A stretch of DNA of 64,000 bases, taken from assembly GCA_965368975.1 (NCBI GenBank), contig CBDUPA010000018.1, positions 64,001 through 128,000 on the forward strand, read 5' to 3'. Made by a program: the position numbers and the translations under genes. The DNA is from an uncultured bacterium. Its GTDB lineage: Bacteria > Acidobacteriota > Thermoanaerobaculia > Multivoradales > JAHZIX01. Positions within the stretch are counted from its first letter, which is position 1; each line of letters begins with the position of its first letter. This document shows positions 49,755 to 58,610 of the stretch, piece by piece. The notes beneath the pieces are model-generated. The model was not told where the DNA came from and searched no databases. It worked only from the letters and a program-made list of their open reading frames with translations.

Positions 49755-51902
49755 TCAGCGCGGCGTGGCTCCCAGCTCGCGTAGCAACTGTTGTGCCATC
49801 GCCGGATCGATGCGTCGAAGCAGCTCGATCTGAGCTTCCGCGGCCTGACGGTCGCCACTCTGCAGGTAACCGAGGGCTAGAAAGAAGTGCGGCTCGGGGC
49901 GTTGCGGTTCGAGACGTGTCGCCTCCTTGAGGTAGCGCAGGGCTCCCTGCAGATCGCCGCGATCAGCGAGGACAGTCGCCAGGTTGACGTGCGCCTCGAC
50001 GTGCCGTGAATCCAGCTCCAGGGCGCGACGGTAGCGCGCTTCGGCCTCTTCCAGCCGGCCGGCCTGCACCAGCACGTTGGCCAGGTTGGCGTGTGCGTTG
50101 GCGTAATTCGGGCGTAGCGCCAGCGCTGCCTCATAGGCCTCCAGGGCCTCGTCCAGCCGCCCCTGCGATGCCAGCGTATTGGCCAGGTTGTTGTGTGCTT
50201 CGGCGAGCCTGGAATCCGCGCGCAGGGCCGCCCGAAACTCAGTGACTGCCTCGTTCGGCCGTCCCTGGGCGGCGTAGAGATTCCCCAGATTCAGGTACGC
50301 TTCAGCGAAGCCGGAATCGATCTCCAGGGTTCGCCGGAAGTGGTGCTCGGCACGGCTGGCCTCGCCGCGCCGGCTGAGGACCAAGCCGAGGTTGTTGTGT
50401 GCTTGCGTGTACAGGGGCCGCAGCTCCAGCGCCGTCTCCAAGTGCCCGATGGCTTCGCCATAGCGCCCCTGGTCGAGCAACTCGGCACCGAGGTTGTTGT
50501 GCATCAAGTAGTTGCCCTCGGTGACCGCGAGCGAGTGGGTGAAGATCGTCTCACTGTTGCGCCAGTGCATCGCTTGCCGGTGGGTCAGCCAGGCCAGCAC
50601 CACCGTCAGGACGAGCGCGGTCACCACGCCGGTCCACCGTAGCCATGAGGGCAGGCCCGGCTCCCTCGTGGCCGCATCCTCTCCGGCCTTGCCATCGACG
50701 CGTGTCGCAGCCCAACGCGTCGGCAAATCCGCCAACCCCCAGGCTAGGGCTAGCGTCAAGCCGATGAAGGGAACATAGGTGTAGCGGTCGGCCATCGCCT
50801 GCGCACCGACCTGGACCAGGCCGATCACCGGCACCAACGTGCCGAGATACCAGAGCCACCCCACTATCAGGTACGGCCGCGACGTCCGCAGACGCAGCGC
50901 CAGCACCGTCACCGCCACCAGCAGCACCAGGGCTCCAGCAATCTGCCAGGCTGGTGGCATGCCGGGGTGCGGGTAGAAGAGGGACAGGTTCGACGGCCAC
51001 AGGAGCTTGCCCAGGTAGGCGACATAGGTGACGGCAGCATTGGCGATGCGCTCACCGAGGCCGACGCGGTCGACCGCCACGACCGCTCCGCCGGCCTGCT
51101 GCGCCAGCACCGTCACGATGCTGGACACCAGCGTCAAGGCGAACAAGGGCCCCTTCTCCAGCACCCGGGGCAAGAGCTCCTTGAACTCCGTCCAGCGCTC
51201 GATGCGCAGCCGTCCGAGTGGCCACACATCGAGCAACAGCAGCACGAAGGGCAGAGTCACCAGCATCGGCTTGGCTAGCAGGCCGAGCACAAAGCTGGTG
51301 ACCAAGAACGCGTAGTGGCGCGCCCCGGGCTTTTCCGTCCAGCGCACGTAGGCGAGCAGCGTCACCATCCAAAACAGGGTGCTCAGCACGTCCTTGCGCT
51401 CGGCCACCCAGGCCACCGACTCGACATGCGTCGGGTGCAGCGCGAACAGCAATGCCACCAGCGTGCTGGGCCACCAAGCAGCCGTCAGCCGCAGCAACAG
51501 CCACAGCAACACGAGCGCCGAGGCCAAGTGCAGGAGCACATTGGTCAGGTGGTGTCCGCTGGCGTCGAGGCCCCAGATCTCGATATCCAGCATGTGCGAC
51601 AGCCAGGTCAGTGGATGGTAGTTCGAAGCATGAAAACTGGAGAACGCCCAGGCCACACCATCAGCCGTCAAACCACGCTGCACGATGTCGTTCTGGCTTA
51701 CGTAGACGGTGTCGTCGAAGGCGATGAAGTCGCCTTCCAGCGCCGGACGATAGGCCAGGAAGGTCACGGCCAGCAGGACCAGCGCGGTGAGCCAGAAACG
51801 GCGACCGGCCCTGGAAGGCTGGTCCACCGAGGCGGTACCAGAGGTGGTGCGTGGTGTCTGGGTGCGGGAACCGGACTTCTTGGAGGACTTCTTCTTGGCC
51901 AT
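49755..51902 (-). CDS. TMTC-like membrane glycosyltransferase with TPR repeats
   Basis: FDD, YHPLTWLSH, HLTNVLLH, HPTHVESVAWVAERKD, DRYTY; C-terminal TPRs. Confidence 0.88.
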   Translation of the reverse strand: MAKKKSSKKSGSRTQTPRTTSGTASVDQPSRAGRRFWLTALVLLAVTFLAYRPALEGDFIAFDDTVYVSQNDIVQRGLTADGVAWAFSSFHASNYHPLTWLSHMLDIEIWGLDASGHHLTNVLLHLASALVLLWLLLRLTAAWWPSTLVALLFALHPTHVESVAWVAERKDVLSTLFWMVTLLAYVRWTEKPGARHYAFLVTSFVLGLLAKPMLVTLPFVLLLLDVWPLGRLRIERWTEFKELLPRVLEKGPLFALTLVSSIVTVLAQQAGGAVVAVDRVGLGERIANAAVTYVAYLGKLLWPSNLSLFYPHPGMPPAWQIAGALVLLVAVTVLALRLRTSRPYLIVGWLWYLGTLVPVIGLVQVGAQAMADRYTYVPFIGLTLALAWGLADLPTRWAATRVDGKAGEDAATREPGLPSWLRWTGVVTALVLTVVLAWLTHRQAMHWRNSETIFTHSLAVTEGNYLMHNNLGAELLDQGRYGEAIGHLETALELRPLYTQAHNNLGLVLSRRGEASRAEHHFRRTLEIDSGFAEAYLNLGNLYAAQGRPNEAVTEFRAALRADSRLAEAHNNLANTLASQGRLDEALEAYEAALALRPNYANAHANLANVLVQAGRLEEAEARYRRALELDSRHVEAHVNLATVLADRGDLQGALRYLKEATRLEPQRPEPHFFLALGYLQSGDRQAAEAQIELLRRIDPAMAQQLLRELGATPR

Positions 51903-52009
51903 GGGGCGCCATTGTATATCGACGTCCCGTAGATCGACGCCCTGGCCTTCCGGCCACGGCCGACGCTAGAATGACGCAACACATCAACATCTCATGGGGA
52001 GGAAACCTT

Positions 52010-52219
52010 ATGAAGAAACGGAATCGCAAGCTCGCCCTCCACTCCGAGACCTTGCACCACATGAGCGGCCAGCAGCTGCGCGACGCCCAAGGCGCCGTGG
52101 TGCAGATCGGCAACCCGCGGCCGATTTCGGATCCGAAGGTGAGCTGTCTGTGCATGACCACCCCGGAAACCGAGTGCCTATGCGGCGGCAATGAGACCGT
52201 AGTCATCGGAGTCGGCTGA
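52010..52219 (+). CDS. Putative RiPP (lanthipeptide-like) precursor peptide, 69 aa
   Basis: GGAGG RBS. Sequence MKKRNRKLALHSETLHHMSGQQLRDAQGA|VVQIGNPRPISDPKVSCLCMTTPETECLCGGNETVVIGVG. Confidence 0.65.
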   Translation: MKKRNRKLALHSETLHHMSGQQLRDAQGAVVQIGNPRPISDPKVSCLCMTTPETECLCGGNETVVIGVG

Positions 52220-52220
52220 C

Positions 52221-52808
52221 ATGCCGAGCCACGGTGCAGACCTGACCGCGACGGGCGACACTCTCGCCGACGCCCGGCGACAAGCCTCCTTGAGTGCCGG
52301 TCTCGGCTACCCTTGGCTGCTCGCCTTCGGCTTCACCGTTTCGGTCTGCGCCGTGGCCTCGTTCTTCGTCTCGACACGTCTCGCCGCCTTGATGTTCGTC
52401 TTCCAGGGCGGTGTCGCGTTACCACTCGCCTTCGGCCTGGAACGGGTCTTCGGACTACCGCGCATGGCGCCGGACAATCCGGTCAAACCCCTGATCATCC
52501 AGGTGGCCAACATCCAGACGCCAGCGCTCCTGGCAGTGCTTTTCTTCTTCTCGCTCGGCCGCCCCGACCTGGTTCCCGCCGCCTTTGCCGCGGTGGCCGC
52601 TGGCCACTTCCTGCCCTACACCTGGCTGCACGAGACGAAGGTCTACATCGCCCTGACTGTAGCGGCTGCATGCCTGCCCTGGGCCCTTACCGTTTGGGGT
52701 GGTGACGGCGGCTACCGCCTGGGCATCGTCGCCCTGGCGATCGTCTACTTACTCACCGCCCTGGTGCTCTACTTCCAGTACCGGCAGCGCAGCCGGCAAG
52801 TCGACTGA
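52221..52808 (+). CDS. Multi-pass membrane protein (DUF7010-like)
   Basis: About 6 TMs; NPVKPL and GHFLPYTWL. Confidence 0.7.
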   Translation: MPSHGADLTATGDTLADARRQASLSAGLGYPWLLAFGFTVSVCAVASFFVSTRLAALMFVFQGGVALPLAFGLERVFGLPRMAPDNPVKPLIIQVANIQTPALLAVLFFFSLGRPDLVPAAFAAVAAGHFLPYTWLHETKVYIALTVAAACLPWALTVWGGDGGYRLGIVALAIVYLLTALVLYFQYRQRSRQVD

Positions 52809-52827
52809 TCCAGTCACGAGGCCCATC

Positions 52828-53820
52828 ATGAAGATTCACTGCTCCCTTTGGCTGCACCGTCTCCTCCTCCTCGGACTCGTCGCCGGGATGCTCGGCACCA
52901 ACGCTTGCGGATCCGAGGCCCCAGAAGCCGAGTCTCCGGAGAGCACTGAGTCTCCGGAGAGCACCGAGTCGATACCCAGTACCGAACAACCACCCGAGAC
53001 AGCCCGCACCGAGACGGGCGCCCACCTGACCCAGGCCGCCGACGGACTGCCGATCGCTTTCGAAGACCGTGGCGAGGGCGACACCACTCTGGTCTTCGTT
53101 CACTGCTGGGCCTGCAGCCGCCACATCTGGGATGCTCAGATGGACGCCTTCGACGGCGACTACCGTGTCGTCGCCATCGACCTGGGGGGTCACGGGGAGT
53201 CCGGCCGCGACCGCGAGACCTGGACCCTCGACAGTCTGGCCGGCGACGTCGAGGCGGTGGTCGAGCACCTCGGCCTGGAACGCGTGATCTTGGTCGGCCA
53301 CTCGATGGGCGGACCGGTGGCCCTGGCTTCGATTCCGCGCCTCGACGCCGAAGTCATCGGCCTGATCCCCGTCGATACCCTGCAGAATGTCGAATCGCAG
53401 TGGCCACCGGAAGCCGCGCGGCAACTGGTCGGTCAGTTCGAAGCCGACTACGAGGGCACGATGCGTCGGATGATGCCGGCCATGTTCCCCGCCTCCGCGG
53501 ATCCCGAAATCGTCGAAGGCATCGTCCAGCAAGCCCTCGCCGCCGATCATGCTGCAGCCATGGCCCTGCTGCTGGACTTCCCACGGTTGGAGCTGCCAGC
53601 CATGATGCAAGCGGCCGGCGTCAGGGTCCGGGCGATCAACGCCGAACCGTATTCCGAAGCCAGCCTGGTGACGGCGGTCGAGGTGAACCAGAGGTACGCT
53701 GACTACGACGTCCGCATGATGGACGGTGTCGGGCACTTCCTGCAGGTGGAATCCCCCGACACCTTCAATGAGCGGCTACGCGAGACGCTGGCGGAGTTGA
53801 CGTCGAGCCAAGAGCCCTGA
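52828..53820 (+). CDS. Alpha/beta-fold hydrolase, probable lipoprotein
   Basis: Lipobox TNAC; VFVHCW, DLGGHGES, GHSMGG, GHF; ESPEST repeat in the linker. Confidence 0.88.
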   Translation: MKIHCSLWLHRLLLLGLVAGMLGTNACGSEAPEAESPESTESPESTESIPSTEQPPETARTETGAHLTQAADGLPIAFEDRGEGDTTLVFVHCWACSRHIWDAQMDAFDGDYRVVAIDLGGHGESGRDRETWTLDSLAGDVEAVVEHLGLERVILVGHSMGGPVALASIPRLDAEVIGLIPVDTLQNVESQWPPEAARQLVGQFEADYEGTMRRMMPAMFPASADPEIVEGIVQQALAADHAAAMALLLDFPRLELPAMMQAAGVRVRAINAEPYSEASLVTAVEVNQRYADYDVRMMDGVGHFLQVESPDTFNERLRETLAELTSSQEP

Positions 53821-53883
53821 AGCCTTCTTCGCCAACAGTCAGGCGATTACTTCATCTCCAAGAACGAAACAGACGTCCTCCGC

Positions 53884-54039
53884 TCAGAATCCGATGTCGT
53901 CTTGGATAACGACACAGGTAACGCAAGTGTTACACCCAGACAGCGGGGTGCTCTCGTCACCACCACCTGCGTGGCGTAGAGCCTTGTCTTCTAGAAGGAC
54001 CAGTGTTTCCCGATGCAGCTTCAGTTTGCGAGCCTTCAT
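53884..54039 (-). CDS. Putative RiPP (lanthipeptide-like) precursor peptide, 51 aa (not in ORF track)
   Basis: AAGGAG RBS at 54047-54052. Sequence MKARKLKLHRETLVLLEDKALRHAGGG|DESTPLSGCNTCVTCVVIQDDIGF. Confidence 0.7.
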   Translation of the reverse strand: MKARKLKLHRETLVLLEDKALRHAGGGDESTPLSGCNTCVTCVVIQDDIGF

Positions 54040-54070
54040 CTCAACTCTCCTTTGACTTCCTAGCGACAGA

Positions 54071-54099
54071 ATTATAACGCTTGCTCAAGAACAGCTCAA
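54071..54099 (-). promoter_or_regulatory. sigma70-type promoter for the 51-aa peptide
   Basis: Minus strand TTGAGC-17 nt-TATAAT, flanked by the inverted repeat GACAGAATT (54065-54073) / AATTCTGTC (54098-54106). Confidence 0.65.
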
Positions 54100-54104
54100 T
54101 TCTG

Positions 54105-55085
54105 TCACATCAATAGTTTCAGCGCACCCGCCAGCACCTCGACCTCGACATCGCCCGCCAGCACGGCTTCGCCATCGACTTCGAGGGGTGGAAACGGGAT
54201 TCGTGGCTGCAACCGTACCCTAGTCGCCTTGGCGAAACGAACGCCGGGCACACCGAGGTGGGTCCCGAAGTAGAGGCGCGGCAAGTACAGCGGCAGTTTC
54301 CAGCGCGGGATCGCGGGCACCAGCACGACATCCATGAGGCCATCGTCCAGCTCGGCATCGGGAGCGATCTTCATGCCATTGCCGAAATAGCGACCGTTGG
54401 CCATGGCCAGCAGCAGCAGATCGCCGTCGTACCAAGGCTCGCCTGCTGCCGGGTCCAGGCCCGGCCCCTCGACGTCGACGCGGCACGGCAGCGGTCCAAA
54501 GCGCCACAGCGCACTCAACGTCGCCCGCAAGAAGACGTCCGGACCCCGGCGCGGTTGCGCGTTGACGGCACCGCAGACCAGGCCCGAGAGGCCGGCGGAA
54601 GCGGTGTTGACGGCGTGCTCGACGAGGGTGCTTCCTGTGCCATCCTGTGCGGTGATGCGCAGCAGGTCGACGGCCCGCGGCTGAGCGCGCATGACGTGAG
54701 CCAGGGCATCCAGCGGCCGCTTGGGCAATCCGAGAAACCGCGCCAGATCGCTGCCCGTGCCGGCAGGGATCAGCCCAAGCGCAATGTCCGTGGCACGGCC
54801 GCTGCGCAGCAGCTCGTTGACCACCAGGTGCAAGGTGCCATCGCCACCGACGGAAAGCACACGCTCGACTCTCGGTGTGCTCTCGGATGGGGTCAGCGCG
54901 GCGTCGAGGAGCTGGCGCGCTTCGGCTTCGTCCTTGGCGAAGATCACGTGTGCGGCTTTGAGCGCCGGCTGCGCCAGCTGCAGCTCATGCCACAGCTTGG
55001 CGGCCCGTCCGCCACCCGCGGCGGGATTGGCGAAGACGACCGTCGACCGGAAGTCAGAAGGCGAGTTCACGTCGACGCTACCCAA
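54105..55085 (-). CDS. Diacylglycerol/lipid kinase family (YegS/BmrU)
   Basis: NPAAGGG, GGDGT, PAGTGSD, NGRYFGNGM, DDGLMDV, DGE. Confidence 0.9.
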   Translation of the reverse strand: MGSVDVNSPSDFRSTVVFANPAAGGGRAAKLWHELQLAQPALKAAHVIFAKDEAEARQLLDAALTPSESTPRVERVLSVGGDGTLHLVVNELLRSGRATDIALGLIPAGTGSDLARFLGLPKRPLDALAHVMRAQPRAVDLLRITAQDGTGSTLVEHAVNTASAGLSGLVCGAVNAQPRRGPDVFLRATLSALWRFGPLPCRVDVEGPGLDPAAGEPWYDGDLLLLAMANGRYFGNGMKIAPDAELDDGLMDVVLVPAIPRWKLPLYLPRLYFGTHLGVPGVRFAKATRVRLQPRIPFPPLEVDGEAVLAGDVEVEVLAGALKLLM

Positions 55086-55094
55086 CGATGGCCC

Positions 55095-55436
55095 TCAGAG
55101 GTAGCGCACGAAGCGGTTGTACTCATCAACCAGGATGGCGGTCGGCTCGATCGGCTTGTCGGTCAGCTCGAAGCCGATGATGATGATTTCTTCGCCCGCC
55201 CTGATCAGGTGCGCCGCGGCCCCGTTCATGCAGATCTTGCCCGAGCCACGCTCACCGAGGATGACGTAGGTTTCGAGCCGGGAACCGGAAGTGTTGCTCA
55301 CCACCAGCACGCGCTCGCCCTCCCAGAGACCCGACTTCTCCACCAGCTCTGCATCGATGGTGATGCTGCCAATGTAGTTCAGGTCCGCCTCGGTGACGGT
55401 GGCTTTGTGAATTTTCGATCGATACAACCAGCGCAT
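55095..55436 (-). CDS. panD: Aspartate 1-decarboxylase
   Basis: SKIHKATVT..LNYIG/SITID, ETYVI, NGAAAH. Confidence 0.95.
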   Translation of the reverse strand: MRWLYRSKIHKATVTEADLNYIGSITIDAELVEKSGLWEGERVLVVSNTSGSRLETYVILGERGSGKICMNGAAAHLIRAGEEIIIIGFELTDKPIEPTAILVDEYNRFVRYL

Positions 55437-55442
55437 GAAGGG

Positions 55443-56390
55443 CTACGGCTCCTCCGTCGGACCTGTCGTGTCAGCGGCTCCGCTCTCTTCGCCCGACCCG
55501 CTGTCTTCGGCCGAGAGGGAGTTCTCCGCCGGCAGATCGAGGACCAAGAGGTTATCAATCAAGCGGGTCGAACCGAAGTAGGCGGCCATCGACAGCAGCG
55601 CTCCACCGTTGCCGACGTGCTCCAGCTCCCGCAACGTGCGCGGATCGGCAACGCTGGCGTAGTCGAGCTGAGCTAGAGGTTCGTCCTCGATAGGCGTGCT
55701 CAGCCGCCGGCGCAGCGAGTCTCCCTCGCGCTCGCCGGCACGCAGCGCACCCGCGGTGGCCACCAGCGCCTGGTGAATCACCGGCGCCGCGGCTCGCTGT
55801 GCAGGCGTCAGCAAGGCGTTGCGTGAACTCATCGCCAGACCATCGCTCTCGCGGATCGTCGGACAGACCACGATCTCCAGCGGCAGCCCCAGGTCCTCGA
55901 CCACGGTACTGACCACCACACACTGCTGTGCGTCCTTCTGCCCGAAGTACGCGCGATCCGGCTGCAGGACCATGAACAGCTTGGTCACGACGGTCGCGAC
56001 CCCCCGGAAGTGCCCAGGGCGCGACGCGCCCTCAAGCGGCACCGATGCGTCCTCGACCTCGACCCAGGTCTGGTAGCCCGGTGGATACATGCTCTCCGGC
56101 GTCGGCGTGAATACCAGGTCGACACCAGCATCGCGCAGCTTGTCGAGATCGCGATCGAGATCGCGGGGGTAGCTATCGAGGTCTTCCGGCCGATTGAATT
56201 GCGCCGGGTTGACGAAGATGCTCACCGCGACACGGTCGTTCTCGGCGCACGCGCGGGCCACCAGCGCCAGGTGACCTTCGTGCAGGAAGCCCATGGTCGG
56301 GATGAGTCCCCAGGTTTCGCCGCCGGTACGGCGGCGGTGGACGATCCCCAGGTGACGGTGAATCTCGGCGATGTCAGCGCTGACCAACAT
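55443..56390 (-). CDS. panC: Pantoate-beta-alanine ligase
   Basis: PTMGFLHEGH, SIFVNP, RPGHF, FGQKDAQQ, DGLAMSSRN, RLIDN. Confidence 0.95.
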   Translation of the reverse strand: MLVSADIAEIHRHLGIVHRRRTGGETWGLIPTMGFLHEGHLALVARACAENDRVAVSIFVNPAQFNRPEDLDSYPRDLDRDLDKLRDAGVDLVFTPTPESMYPPGYQTWVEVEDASVPLEGASRPGHFRGVATVVTKLFMVLQPDRAYFGQKDAQQCVVVSTVVEDLGLPLEIVVCPTIRESDGLAMSSRNALLTPAQRAAAPVIHQALVATAGALRAGEREGDSLRRRLSTPIEDEPLAQLDYASVADPRTLRELEHVGNGGALLSMAAYFGSTRLIDNLLVLDLPAENSLSAEDSGSGEESGAADTTGPTEEP

Positions 56391-56493
56391 GGCGTCGTGC
56401 GGTCCTTTCCGGCTCAGGTCGAGTTTCTTGGCTGCAGCGTGCCGAGGGCGGCCGCGCAGCTACGGAGCCACGGTATCGAGTGCAGGGCCGAGT

Positions 56494-57588
56494 CTACCCT
56501 GCCCGCAGCTCCAGCTGTCGACGCAACCAGTGCAGATCCTCGACGCCCTGGCTCCAAGCCGTCGCCGCCTGCAACGCTTCTTGCCAGGCAGATACCGCCA
56601 CAGGCTCGCCAGCCTCGGCGGCCCGCATCAGTCGTGTCAGCAGTTCGTTGAGCGGCGCGCGCACCCCATGGCGCGATGCTTCCAGGGCAACTGCACCGTT
56701 GATCACGTCGACCTCCGTCTGCCGGCCTGCGGTCAAGTCCTGCAGCATCGACCCTCGGTTGCCCGCAGTCGCGCGACAGACCTCGACCGCCCGCTCGACC
56801 CCGTCGAAAGGCAGCTCGACGCCCACCGCGGCCGCCACCACCTCGACCTCCCACGCAACCCGGCGCAGCAAGCGTTCAGCGGGTGCTGTGGCCAACAGCA
56901 CCCCGTTCGGCCGGCCGAGCAGCGCCGCCAGCGGATTGATCGCCGCATTCACCGCCAGCTTGCCCCACAACAATCCATCCGCGTTGTCGACACAGGCGGT
57001 CGGCAAGCCGGCACGGTTGAACACCTCGGCGACCTGCCGCAGTTGCGGTGCCAGAGCACCCGGCCCCGCCAGCTGCGTCAACCCTTCGCCAGCATGCCGC
57101 ACTATCCCCGGCTCGACGACGTGTGCCCCTTGCGTGGTCACGCCGAGCGCCGCTCGCGAAGCGCCCACGGCCTCGGCCAGGTGTGCCAGGTTTCCCAGGC
57201 CATTCTGCAGCGTCACTGCTACCGCGGCGCCTTCCGTTGGATCTAGATAGTGGTGCACCCAGCGCACCGCGGCGGCCGTGCCGGCGCTCTTGACCGCGAC
57301 CAATACCAGCTGCGCCGGTGCCAGGGTCTCCCCCGGGGCCGCGACGCTCAGGCCTGTGACACCAGACTCTGATCCCAGCTCCACCAGGGGTTGCACGTCG
57401 CGCCCACCCGCCGGATCGATCAGCGTCAAGCCCGAGCGCCGCAGCGCGATCACTTGCTGCGGCCAGCGCCCGACCAGGGTCACCGGCAGGTAGCATGCCA
57501 GCTTGCCGCCGAAGAGACACGCCAGCGAACCGACGCCGACGATCACGACGCGTTGGATGCGGAAGGGCTCCTCGGCGTCCGCGCTCAC
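56494..57588 (-). CDS. panE: 2-dehydropantoate 2-reductase
   Basis: GVGSLA, VK, LQNG, WGKLAVNAAIN, SMLQD, TEVDVING. Confidence 0.92.
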   Translation of the reverse strand: MSADAEEPFRIQRVVIVGVGSLACLFGGKLACYLPVTLVGRWPQQVIALRRSGLTLIDPAGGRDVQPLVELGSESGVTGLSVAAPGETLAPAQLVLVAVKSAGTAAAVRWVHHYLDPTEGAAVAVTLQNGLGNLAHLAEAVGASRAALGVTTQGAHVVEPGIVRHAGEGLTQLAGPGALAPQLRQVAEVFNRAGLPTACVDNADGLLWGKLAVNAAINPLAALLGRPNGVLLATAPAERLLRRVAWEVEVVAAAVGVELPFDGVERAVEVCRATAGNRGSMLQDLTAGRQTEVDVINGAVALEASRHGVRAPLNELLTRLMRAAEAGEPVAVSAWQEALQAATAWSQGVEDLHWLRRQLELRAG

Positions 57589-58526
57589 GAGTCGGTAGCG
57601 ATACCCAGTGCCGCCGCCACTGCCGCGGGATCCTGAGCCTCGACCTCCTCCAGGTGGCGCTGGAAATCTTCCAGCTCAGCCTGGGCCATCGGGTAGGTGT
57701 GCTCCGAGGCCGGGAACCGCCGCTGCTCGACATCTTCCCGGTACTGCCCCAGCGCCTCGACCACCGTCTGCGCCAAGTTCGCGTAGCGTTTCAGGAAGCG
57801 GGGCGTGAACTCGTCCTGCAAACCCAGCAGGTCGTGATAGACCAGGACCTGACCATCACAGCCGGCGCCGGCGCCGATACCGATGGTCGGGATCGCCAAC
57901 CGCTGACTGATCGCCGCTGCCACCGGTGACGGCACCATTTCCAGAACCACCGCGAAGCAACCCGCCCGCTCCAACGCCAGCGCGTCGCGTAGCAGGATCC
58001 GTGCTTCCTCCGCCGTGCGTCCCTGGACACGATTGCCACCCAGCTTGGACACCGCCTGCGGTGTGAAACCGATGTGCCCCATCACCGCGATACCCGCGTC
58101 TGCCACAGCACGCACCGTGGGTACCATCGCTCGCCCGCCTTCCAGCTTCACCGCTTCCATGCCGCCCTCCTTGAGCAGCCGGCCGGCGTTGCGCACGGCC
58201 TCAGCATGGTCCGTCTGGTAGCTCAGGAACGGCAGGTCACCGACGCGAAAGGCGAAGCGCGCGCCCAGGCTCACCGCTCGGCAATGGTGCACCATCTCAT
58301 CCATGGTCACACCGACCGTCGACGTCCGCCCCAGCACCACTTGCCCGAGCGAGTCACCGACCAGAAGCAGGTCGATGCCGGCTCGGTCAGCGAGTTGCGC
58401 CGAACTGACGTCATAGGCGGTGACGGCACTGATCGGCTGCTGCCGCTGCTTCTTGCGTTGCAGCGTCAGGATGCTCGTCTTGCGGCGGCCGGCGGGGTCA
58501 CTCTCGGGGGCTTGGTGGGCAGACAT
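57585..58526 (-). CDS. panB: 3-methyl-2-oxobutanoate hydroxymethyltransferase
   Basis: TAYD, LVGDSL, VKLEGG, GHIGFTPQ, TIGIGAG..CDGQVLV. Confidence 0.96.
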   Translation of the reverse strand: MSAHQAPESDPAGRRKTSILTLQRKKQRQQPISAVTAYDVSSAQLADRAGIDLLLVGDSLGQVVLGRTSTVGVTMDEMVHHCRAVSLGARFAFRVGDLPFLSYQTDHAEAVRNAGRLLKEGGMEAVKLEGGRAMVPTVRAVADAGIAVMGHIGFTPQAVSKLGGNRVQGRTAEEARILLRDALALERAGCFAVVLEMVPSPVAAAISQRLAIPTIGIGAGAGCDGQVLVYHDLLGLQDEFTPRFLKRYANLAQTVVEALGQYREDVEQRRFPASEHTYPMAQAELEDFQRHLEEVEAQDPAAVAAALGIATDS

Positions 58527-58610
58527 GGGTTTCTCCGCAGCGAGTATACCCCCTCCAGAACCTCTACGTTCGCCCTGCCGGAGTCAATGCGAAGGAGCCG
58601 GCTCGTACCC

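Noticed and set aside
52930-52971. 18-bp tandem repeat
   Set aside because: It encodes the low-complexity ESPEST linker of a lipoprotein; ordinary.
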